Shown here one piece after another: positions 1-7,006 of a stretch of 10,058 nt of DNA. Numbering within the stretch: the stretch's first letter is position 1; each line of letters opens with the position of its first letter. Origin of the DNA: Archangium sp. (GTDB taxonomy: Bacteria > Myxococcota > Myxococcia > Myxococcales > Myxococcaceae). The DNA is taken from contig JANLPS010000060.1 in assembly GCA_031367385.1 (NCBI GenBank), positions 1 through 10,058 of the forward strand, read 5' to 3'. The position numbers were made by a program, and so were the translations under genes. Under the pieces are notes generated by a model that saw nothing but the letters and a program-made list of their open reading frames with translations, had not been told where the DNA came from and searched no databases.

Positions 1-169
1 GCTTGAGCACCGCGGGCTGACGAACCGGGCGCCCATTCGAGGCGAGATATTCGACGTGCTTGCCCTTTTTCACCCGGGTGATGCCGGCCCCGCCATCAAC
101 GGCGTAGGTCAGCCCCATGCGTTTTGCCTCACGAACGGCGGCGAGCGAGGTGGGCTTTTCAGTGTTCAT
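1..169 (-). CDS. Probable DNA topoisomerase IB (bacterial type), N-terminal 56 codons; gene continues off the left edge
   Basis: Manual translation from ATG at 169-167 is open to the window edge: MNTEKPTSLAAVREAKRMGLTYAVDGGAGITRVKKGKHVEYLASNGRPVRQPAVLK. This fits the bacterial TopIB N-terminal pattern (A..AGL.YV.D..PGI.R.+.G+.F.Y....G..V.D...L.RI..L.IPPAW). The start overlaps the upstream TGA (ATGA, 169-166). Catalytic residues lie outside the window. Confidence 0.72.
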   Translation of the reverse strand, partial: MNTEKPTSLAAVREAKRMGLTYAVDGGAGITRVKKGKHVEYLASNGRPVRQPAVLK

Positions 170-1278
170 ATCGAGGGAGACCGAGCATTGACGAGGCGCG
201 GCTTTCGCACCGGGGGTTTGGTGATTGCCTGGCTCAGGGCCGGGCCCTTGCGCGGCTGATGCGGCGCCAGCAGCACTGGCAAACCGGTCGAGGCTGATTG
301 GGCGATCGCCTCGAGCACCCTCACGTCGGCGAGCCCTTCTTCGCCTGAAGGCTCCGGCTGGGTGTCGGTCAGAATGCACTTCGAGAAGGTGATCAGCTCA
401 GGCGCGAATTGATCTCGTCTGCCGAAGGTCTTGTTCTTCTTCTTCTCTTTGGCCGTCAGGTGGTGGGCGATCGACCCGACGTATTCGTAGGCGGGCTCGA
501 CCCGCAGGTCACCTTTGGTGCCCACGACCCGGTAGCCGCCCACGTCGGCGCTCCCCTGGCTGACGGTGATCTGCGCCATGCGTTGATCATCGAAGCGCAG
601 AATCGCGGTCGTCATCTCGTCGACTTCGACCGAGCGCGAATCGACGTTGATCGCTTTCCACGCGAAGACGCTGATCGGGTCGGCGCCGAAGAGGTTTCGC
701 ACCGCGTTCACGGGGTAGGGGCCGAGATCAGCGAGCGCTCCGCCGCCTTCTTCGAGCTTGGTGCGAATGTCGCCTCGGCGAATCTGGTGCGAAAATGAGG
801 AGGAGAAATACCGCAGATCACCCAGCTTGCCCGAGCGCGCGGTGTCGATGGCTTTGAGCGTCGCTTCTTCGAAGTGCAGCCGGTAGGCGATCATCAACTT
901 GCGGTCGTATTTCTTGGCTGCTGCCAGCATCGCCTCGCAGTCGTCGACGGTCATCGCCATCGGCTTCTCGCAGAGCACATGCGCTCCGGCGGCCATTGAA
1001 CGCTCGGTGAAGGCCCGGTGCGATTCGTTCGGCGTCGCGATGTAGACCGCGTCGACCTGGGCATCGTGAATGACTTGCTCGAGGTTGTCGTACGAGGCGA
1101 CGTGGTCGACGCCGTAGTGCTTGCCCAATACGCGGCGCTTCTTGGGGTCTGACGAAACCAGCGCCACCAACTCGGAGTTCTTCGCTGCGTGCGCGAAGGC
1201 CGGCAGCACCGCGACCTGCGCGATGTGGCCGACTCCAATGACCGCGTAGCGGACCCTCCGTCGTTTCGGCGAACGCAT
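166..1278 (-). CDS. Gfo/Idh/MocA family NAD(P)-dependent oxidoreductase (glucose-fructose oxidoreductase-like), ~370 aa
   Basis: Rossmann motif YAVIGVGHIA, DAVYIATPN, HVLCEKP, LMIAYRLHFE and GGGALADLGPY are typical of the family. The start is placed at ATG 1278 (MRSPKRRRVRY) rather than 1377 because the Rossmann fold begins right after it and a sigma-54 promoter lies at 1307-1292. Confidence 0.93.
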   Translation of the reverse strand: MRSPKRRRVRYAVIGVGHIAQVAVLPAFAHAAKNSELVALVSSDPKKRRVLGKHYGVDHVASYDNLEQVIHDAQVDAVYIATPNESHRAFTERSMAAGAHVLCEKPMAMTVDDCEAMLAAAKKYDRKLMIAYRLHFEEATLKAIDTARSGKLGDLRYFSSSFSHQIRRGDIRTKLEEGGGALADLGPYPVNAVRNLFGADPISVFAWKAINVDSRSVEVDEMTTAILRFDDQRMAQITVSQGSADVGGYRVVGTKGDLRVEPAYEYVGSIAHHLTAKEKKKNKTFGRRDQFAPELITFSKCILTDTQPEPSGEEGLADVRVLEAIAQSASTGLPVLLAPHQPRKGPALSQAITKPPVRKPRLVNARSPSI

Positions 1279-1291
1279 GACACAGCCGTTC

Positions 1292-1307
1292 AGCAAGGCC
1301 GGTGCCA
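1292..1307 (-). promoter_or_regulatory. Sigma-54 (RpoN) -24/-12 promoter for the oxidoreductase-topoisomerase IB unit
   Basis: The minus strand reads TGGCACCGGCCTTGCT, an exact match to TGGCAC-N5-TTGCW. It is correctly oriented and ends 13 nt before ATG 1278. Confidence 0.8.
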
Positions 1308-1552
1308 CCGCACAGGCGCTCTCGAACAACGCGAATGGCGGGGCATTGCTTGCGCTGGAGGCCCAAAAGCGCCGCAACGAGGCCGACTTGCACCTTCGCT
1401 CGCTCCACAGTGACCGTGACGCTTCCAGTCAAAGTGAGCAGGTTGAGGCCCTCCGCCCAAGGCGAGGCGGGCTGTTGGTGTTCGGGCGCGGTGCTGAAAG
1501 ACGGCCAGCTCCGCGGCGCGAGCGGGCGAATGTCCTGATGCGCTGTGCTTCC

Positions 1553-1657
1553 GGCGCGATGATTTCAAAGAGACAACTGCGTTTTCTATTCAGCCAGGGC
1601 GAAACCGGCCTGCGCGAAATACGAAACGCAGTTGTCTATCTGAAAACACCCCGCGCC
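1553..1657. repeat. Long imperfect inverted repeat (hairpin or paired operator sites)
   Basis: Perfect 14-bp arms AGACAACTGCGTTT (1571-1584) and AAACGCAGTTGTCT (1624-1637). Pairing extends outward via TTTCA/TGAAA (1563-1567/1641-1645) and GGCGCG/CGCGCC (1553-1558/1652-1657), and inward via TATT/AATA (1587-1590/1618-1621). Confidence 0.85.
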
Positions 1658-1788
1658 CAGGCCACACCTCGTCGCTCTGGCCACTGGCCTCCGGGGAAGG
1701 GGCTCGTCTTCGTCGGCAGTGCGAGGGTCAACCAAAACTCCGCCCGCTCCCAAAGCCAGTGAGCACGAGCCGTGGTCAGCCAGGCACA

Positions 1789-3351
1789 TCAGAAAAATTG
1801 GCGAACCGTGAAGCGCCGCGCACCCCACAACCACGCCAGAAAGACCGCGACGATCATCACCAGGTCGATACACGACTGTGCGTCGAAATAGTCATCCATC
1901 CGCATGCTCGGCGCGGGCACCAGGCGCCCAACGAGCAAACCCGCCACCAACACCATCGCCGCCGCCCGACTCACGCGCGTGCCGACCGCCAGAAACGCGA
2001 GCACCGCCTCGTAGTAACACGAGAGCGTCGCTGCGAAGGGTATCAGCCCAACCGACGTCGCCGCCGCCGACCCCAGCCGGCCTCGGCGTGCCACCGCCAC
2101 CCACAGCCCCAACGCGGCCAAACGCAACACCCAGGTCAGCCCACGAACGCGCTCGTGCACCTGAGCTCGCAGCGCAGACCACGACTCGAACAGCATCGCC
2201 GGGTCAGGCTCCGAAATCTTCTCCAAGCGCGCGTCAGACGCCACCGCCAGCGCCGGCTGCAAGCCCATCTGGTTGTACGACCACGCGCTACCGTGCGTGC
2301 GCAGGTTCTCGAACGACTCGGTGAACAACCGCCAATCGTGTTGCCCCGCCGCCGCGCCGCACAGAACGAGCGTCGCGATGCCCGCTCCGAGCAGCAAACG
2401 CCCGGCGCGTTTTCGATCTCTGCCCGGCAATAGCGCAGCGCCAACCGCTGCGACCAACACCAGCGCGGGAAACACGCGGAGCAACGCGGCATACGCGAAC
2501 GCGGCGCCCGCCAGGCGGTCTCGTCGAAAGCGCAGAAACGCCAACCCGACCGCGAGCGCCACCCACCAGTCGTTGCGCAAGAACGAGCCGCCCGCCCAGT
2601 CGAACCGGTTGGGCACATGGCACCCCCACACCAGCATCACCACCATCAGCGTGCGCCCACCGAAGGCCCGAAAGAGCACCGCCGCCGCCACCAGAATCAG
2701 CAGCGGGTCGAGCCAGGTCAGCCAGTGCGCCGGGCCAGCGATGATCAGCGGGCTCGCGAGCAACAGCCACACCGGAGGCGCGTTGAACCCATGATCGACC
2801 AACATCGCAGGCAGCAGCGTGCCCTTCGAGCGTCGCTGAAGCTCGTTGAGGTCGTCGGTGAATTCGACCCACCTGGCCTCGTCGAAGCGCCCGCGGCAGG
2901 CCTCGGCCTGCTCCAGCCGCGATGCCGCGCTGCTGATGGCATACGTGCGCAGGTCTCTGACCTGCCAGCCGTCGATGGGCATTCGCTGCTCGACCGCCGC
3001 CGCCAACGCGCAGTCGTACAGACCGGTGTAGCGAAGCTCATCGACGAACCGGGCGCCCAACACGTAGTGCGAAAAATCAGACGGGTGCTCGGGGCTCGCG
3101 AAGTGACCGACGAAGAAATTGGTGCTCGAGGCGAACGCCAGCCCGCTGACGGCCAAGTACAGCGCCTGACGCACTCGGCTCGACAGCCGTGGCGCGACCA
3201 CCAGCACTGAAAGCCCGAGCACCACGACCCCGGTGGCGGCGATGCTGGCCTTTGACCCAGTGGTGACCCAAGGGCTCAGCGCTCCGCCCGCGAGGCACCC
3301 CACCGCGAAGCAGAGTGCCGCCTGCAGAGCTCGTCGTTTTTTCGGTCGCAT
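1789..3351 (-). CDS. Polytopic membrane protein, probable GT-C fold glycosyltransferase (GT87/DUF2029-like)
   Basis: Many hydrophobic helices, with a large soluble loop after the N-terminal helices (SDFSHYVLGARF..ELRYTGLYDC..RDLRT..C..RW..F..D..DHGFNAPPVW). Later motifs WAGGSFLRNDW and AGAAFAYAALLRVFP resemble the GT87 'AG...A...K..P' segment. The start is uncertain (ATG 3351 preferred; the ORF is open to 3393). Confidence 0.62.
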   Translation of the reverse strand: MRPKKRRALQAALCFAVGCLAGGALSPWVTTGSKASIAATGVVVLGLSVLVVAPRLSSRVRQALYLAVSGLAFASSTNFFVGHFASPEHPSDFSHYVLGARFVDELRYTGLYDCALAAAVEQRMPIDGWQVRDLRTYAISSAASRLEQAEACRGRFDEARWVEFTDDLNELQRRSKGTLLPAMLVDHGFNAPPVWLLLASPLIIAGPAHWLTWLDPLLILVAAAVLFRAFGGRTLMVVMLVWGCHVPNRFDWAGGSFLRNDWWVALAVGLAFLRFRRDRLAGAAFAYAALLRVFPALVLVAAVGAALLPGRDRKRAGRLLLGAGIATLVLCGAAAGQHDWRLFTESFENLRTHGSAWSYNQMGLQPALAVASDARLEKISEPDPAMLFESWSALRAQVHERVRGLTWVLRLAALGLWVAVARRGRLGSAAATSVGLIPFAATLSCYYEAVLAFLAVGTRVSRAAAMVLVAGLLVGRLVPAPSMRMDDYFDAQSCIDLVMIVAVFLAWLWGARRFTVRQFF

Positions 3352-3431
3352 CGCCCGAACCACCCTTCTCGTGGGAGATCGCCGCAAAATCAACCCGTAT
3401 CAGGCCCGTCGTGCACCGGTGAGCACACACA

Positions 3432-3448
3432 TTCTCACTCCTTGAGAA
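3432..3448. promoter_or_regulatory. Possible operator palindrome in the divergent promoter region
   Basis: TTCTCA-N5-TGAGAA perfect dyad between the divergent starts at 3351 and 3522. Confidence 0.3.
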
Positions 3449-3521
3449 CGACTGAATGCGGCCATGACGCAACCAAACGAGGTACGGTGCCGACCATTCG
3501 TTTTCGCCTTTCGGAGCAACC

Positions 3522-4562
3522 GTGACGACCCCAGTCAAAGCCAGCGCGACCCAAGCCCCCGCCCAAGTCGGAGGCCAGAAGGTCAATGACGCCAAAGCGG
3601 CCATTCTGATCAACTCCGCGCGCAAAGACCTCGGGTACCACGAGGGCCCCAACAACAGTAACAAGTTCACCAAGGCGCCCAACGCTCCGTGGTGTGCCGG
3701 CTTCGTCAGCGCGAAGCTCAAAGAAGCCGGAGTGGCTGGCATCAAAGGCAGCGACGGGTGTGCGGAGCTCGCCAACCAATTCAAAGCTGCTGGCAAGTAC
3801 ACGGACTCGAGCAAGCCGCCGCAGCCGGGCGACGTCATCTTCTTCGGCAACCCGCCACACCACACCGGCATCGTGCAGAAGGTCGACCTCGCCTCGGGCA
3901 GGGTCTACACCATCGAGGGCAACTCGAGCGACGCGGTCAGCCAGTGCTCGTACAGCCTCAAAGACGGTGGCATCAGCGGCTACGGCAAGACCTTCGCGCC
4001 GGGCACCGTGCGCGACGACCTCGGCTTCAACGTGAGCGAGGCGAACGCCCAAAAAGCCGGCGGTGCTCCACGAAACCCGGCCGCCGCGCGGGCCAACCCG
4101 AGCCAGGCCACCGAGACCGGCCGCGACGGTGGCGTGTACGGCCGCTACAACTACTTGCTCGCGCTGCTCGAGGCGATTCTCAACAGCGACACCGAGGCCA
4201 TCACGGCGTTGATGAAAGAGCTCTTCCCCAACGCGACGCCCGAGCAGATCGACGGCGCGATGAACGCGCTCAAGAACGACCCCGAGCTGATGGCGCAGAT
4301 GCTCGCCAACCCCGAGCCGATGATGAACGCGCTGTTGGCCGATTCGTCGCCCGCCGGCATCGACGCGGTGAAGCGTTCGCCGCCCAAACCCGCGCCGGGC
4401 ACCGCCGAAGACAACGCCCAGCTCGCCAAAGACATCTTGCGCTCGACCGAGCTCAACCCGGCCGGCGAGCGGCTGCGTGAGCAAACGCTGGCGCTGGCGA
4501 ACAAGCCCAAGTCGCAGGGCTGGGTGCCCAAGACCTCGGGCTTCGCCCCCACCGAGAAGTGA
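3522..4562 (+). CDS. CHAP-domain (cysteine, histidine-dependent amidohydrolase/peptidase) protein with helical C-terminal region, 346 aa
   Basis: Motifs G..EGPNNSNKF, PWCAGFVS (Cys58), PQPGDVIFF, HHTGIV (His114) and TIEGNSSDAV (Glu132). GGAG RBS at 3513-3516 precedes GTG 3522. Strong GC3 codon bias. Confidence 0.9.
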   Translation: MTTPVKASATQAPAQVGGQKVNDAKAAILINSARKDLGYHEGPNNSNKFTKAPNAPWCAGFVSAKLKEAGVAGIKGSDGCAELANQFKAAGKYTDSSKPPQPGDVIFFGNPPHHTGIVQKVDLASGRVYTIEGNSSDAVSQCSYSLKDGGISGYGKTFAPGTVRDDLGFNVSEANAQKAGGAPRNPAAARANPSQATETGRDGGVYGRYNYLLALLEAILNSDTEAITALMKELFPNATPEQIDGAMNALKNDPELMAQMLANPEPMMNALLADSSPAGIDAVKRSPPKPAPGTAEDNAQLAKDILRSTELNPAGERLREQTLALANKPKSQGWVPKTSGFAPTEK

Positions 4563-7006
4563 CCTCTCGCCTCTCGCAGGTGCTGGCCGAGCGGGTCGCT
4601 CCGAACGCCCCTGCTCCGCGGCCCGGCGCCTTCGTCGTCTATTGGATGCGGGTCGCCGTTCGCGCGACCGAGAACCCTTCGCTCGACGTCGCGTTGTCGA
4701 TGGCCAGGGCGTTGGGCGTGCCGTGCTTCGTCTATCACGCCATCTCAGAGCGCTACCGCTACGCGTCTGATCGCGTGCACACCTTCATGCTCGAGGGAGC
4801 CCGCGACGTGCAGCAGGCGATGGCCGCGCGCGGCGTGGGCTACGTGTTTCACCTGCAGCACGCGAATGATCAATCGCCCCACTTGCTCACCCTCGCGAAG
4901 CAGGCCGCGCTGGTCGTCACCGATGCGATGCCGGTGCAGCCCCTGCAGAAGTGGGACGCTCAGGTCGCCGCTGTCGCGCCCCTGTGGAGAGTCGACGCCT
5001 CGTGCCTGGCACCGATGTGGTTGGTCGAGGCTCCGTTCGAGCGGGCCTTCGAGTTCACCGCCGCGCTCAAGCCACTCTGGGCCCAGCGAATCGACGCGGC
5101 GTGGGTCGACGTCGAGCCGCACCACCCTCCCTTCGTGCCGCCGCTGCCGTTCAGCCCGCTCTCGCTTCAGGGTGAAGACCTGCCGGCGCTGGTGGCGATG
5201 TGCGACATCGATCACTCGATTGGCCCGGTGCACCACACGCCCGGAGGCTCGAGCGCGGCCGGCGAGCGCTGGCAGCGGTTTCTGACCGAGCGCATCGACC
5301 ACTACGCGAGCGATCGCAATGACCCGTTGCTCGCGGGCACCAGCCGCATGTCGGGCTACCTGCACTTCGGGCACATCTCGCCTTTTCGAATGGCCCGCGA
5401 AGCCAACGCGCGGCGCACCAAAGGGGCCGAGAAGTTTCTCAATGAGCTGCTCACCTGGCGCGAGCTCGCGTGGAACTTCTGCCGCTTCAACACCGAGCTC
5501 GACTCGATTCAGACCTTGCCGGCGTGGGCACGCGAGACGCTCAAGGCGCACGAGCGAGATCGCCGCGAATTCTTGCCCTCGTGGGAGCAACTCGCCCGGG
5601 CCCAGACCGGCGACCCCCTGTGGGACGCGGCGCAACGGCAGCTGCTGACCCACGGCGAGCTGCACAACAACGTACGAATGGCCTGGGGCAAGGCACTCGT
5701 CGGGTGGACCCGTACGGCGCAAGAGGCCCTCACCTTGCTGCTCGACCTGAACCACCGCTTCGCGCTCGACGGCCGAGACCCGGGCTCGTACGGCGGCATT
5801 CTCTGGTGCCTGGGGGCCCTCGACCGCCCCTTTCCCGAGCAGCCGTTCTTCGGCACGGTGCGCACGCGGCCCACCGCGGAGTACGGCAAGCGCATCGACC
5901 TGCCCGAGTACTCGCGCCGCACCCGGTTGCCGAGCCGGGGCACGCCTCTGGTGGTGGCGGTGGTCGGTGCCGGAGTCGCAGGCGCCGCCGCCGCCCGCAC
6001 CATCGCTGACGCCGGCCATGCCGTGACGCTCTTCGACAAGGGGCGTGGGCCAGGCGGCCGGGCGTCGACGCGGCACGACGGCGAGTACAGGTTCGACCAC
6101 GGCGCGCAGTACTTCACGGTCGAAGACGAGCGCTTCGCCCGGGTGGCCCGCGCCTGGTGGCACGAGCGGGCCATCACCGAGTGGTCGCCCAGGCTCCTCA
6201 CCTTCGGCGAAAAACCGCCCAGAGCGTCAGACGCGAACACCTCCACCCGCCCCCCGCTGCACCGCCTGGTCGCGACCCCGGGCATGAGCGCGCTGCTCCA
6301 GCGAATGCTCTACGACCTCGACGTTCGATACGGGGTGACGGTGACCGAGCTGCACCGCACCGAGACCCGCTGGCGCCTGGTCGGCGGCGACCAGACCGCG
6401 CTCGGTGAGTTCGATGCCCTGGTCTTGGCCGCGCCCGCCCCGCAATCAGCCGCGCTGCTCGACCCCGCCTCGTTCGCGATGGCCTCGCGCATTCGCGAAG
6501 CGCAGTACGCACCGTGCTGGGCCCTGATGTTGGCCTTCGACGAGCCACTCGGCCTCGAGCTCGACGCGGCGTTCGTGAACATCGGGCCCCTCAAGTGGCT
6601 CTCTCGCGACTCGAGCAAGCCCGAGCGAGCACCCGGCGAGCGCTGGGTGTTGCACGCCACCGCCGACTGGAGCCAGAAACACCTCGAGTCGGCCCCTGAA
6701 GAAATCACCGCCATTCTGCTCGACGCGTTCTACGCGACCACCGGCGCCCGCCCCACCACGCCCGCGTACGCCAAGGCCCATCGCTGGCGCTACGCGTTCG
6801 TCACCCAGCCCCTCGGCGAGCCCTGCCTGTACATGCCGACCCTGCGCGTCGCGGCCTGCGGTGACTGGTGCCTGGGGGCGAAGATTCAAGCCGCCTACCT
6901 CAGTGGCTGCGCCGCCGGAGGCCGCATCAACGCCATCGCTCCCGATGCCGTACCCGACGACGCCGAGAGCCCCATCACTCGCGCCGCGCAGATGCGGCTG
7001 ATCTAA
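4559..7006 (+). CDS. Fusion protein: class II CPD DNA photolyase (aa ~1-455) plus renalase-like NAD(P)/FAD-dependent oxidoreductase (aa ~464-795), 815 aa
   Basis: Photolyase part: VVYWM..AVR..EN.SL, DRNDP, SRMSGYLHFGHIS, FLNELLTWRELAWNF, TGDPLW, HNNVRMAWGK...W, LNHRFALDGRDP.SYGGILW. Oxidoreductase part: VAVVGAGVAG, FDKGRGPGGRASTR, FDHGAQYFT, HRWRYA, CGDWCLG....AYLSG. One uninterrupted frame; the GTG start overlaps the CHAP stop. Confidence 0.92.
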   Translation: MTSRLSQVLAERVAPNAPAPRPGAFVVYWMRVAVRATENPSLDVALSMARALGVPCFVYHAISERYRYASDRVHTFMLEGARDVQQAMAARGVGYVFHLQHANDQSPHLLTLAKQAALVVTDAMPVQPLQKWDAQVAAVAPLWRVDASCLAPMWLVEAPFERAFEFTAALKPLWAQRIDAAWVDVEPHHPPFVPPLPFSPLSLQGEDLPALVAMCDIDHSIGPVHHTPGGSSAAGERWQRFLTERIDHYASDRNDPLLAGTSRMSGYLHFGHISPFRMAREANARRTKGAEKFLNELLTWRELAWNFCRFNTELDSIQTLPAWARETLKAHERDRREFLPSWEQLARAQTGDPLWDAAQRQLLTHGELHNNVRMAWGKALVGWTRTAQEALTLLLDLNHRFALDGRDPGSYGGILWCLGALDRPFPEQPFFGTVRTRPTAEYGKRIDLPEYSRRTRLPSRGTPLVVAVVGAGVAGAAAARTIADAGHAVTLFDKGRGPGGRASTRHDGEYRFDHGAQYFTVEDERFARVARAWWHERAITEWSPRLLTFGEKPPRASDANTSTRPPLHRLVATPGMSALLQRMLYDLDVRYGVTVTELHRTETRWRLVGGDQTALGEFDALVLAAPAPQSAALLDPASFAMASRIREAQYAPCWALMLAFDEPLGLELDAAFVNIGPLKWLSRDSSKPERAPGERWVLHATADWSQKHLESAPEEITAILLDAFYATTGARPTTPAYAKAHRWRYAFVTQPLGEPCLYMPTLRVAACGDWCLGAKIQAAYLSGCAAGGRINAIAPDAVPDDAESPITRAAQMRLI

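Noticed and set aside
1255..1278. Twin-arginine (Tat) signal in MRSPKRRR, as in periplasmic GFOR
   Set aside because: The arginines lead directly into the Rossmann beta strand, with no h-region or cleavage site.
1336..1350. Second, divergent sigma-54-like motif TGGCGGGGCATTGCT on the plus strand
   Set aside because: GG-to-GC spacing is one base short of the strict requirement, and no credible gene follows.
1279..1377. N-terminal extension of the oxidoreductase ORF to 1377
   Set aside because: It would run through the sigma-54 promoter and adds no family-like sequence; ATG 1278 fits better.
1571..1637. Integron attC site or retron msd hairpin
   Set aside because: The ends do not match RYYYAAC/GTTRRRY, and there is no integrase or reverse transcriptase in the window.
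1277..1762. 161-aa plus-strand ORF and other short ORFs in the intergenic gap
   Set aside because: No recognisable motifs, weak codon bias, and they overlap the promoter and inverted repeat.
3522..4562. Prophage endolysin interpretation of the CHAP gene
   Set aside because: No holin, spanin, structural or integrase genes nearby, and codon usage matches neighbouring genes.
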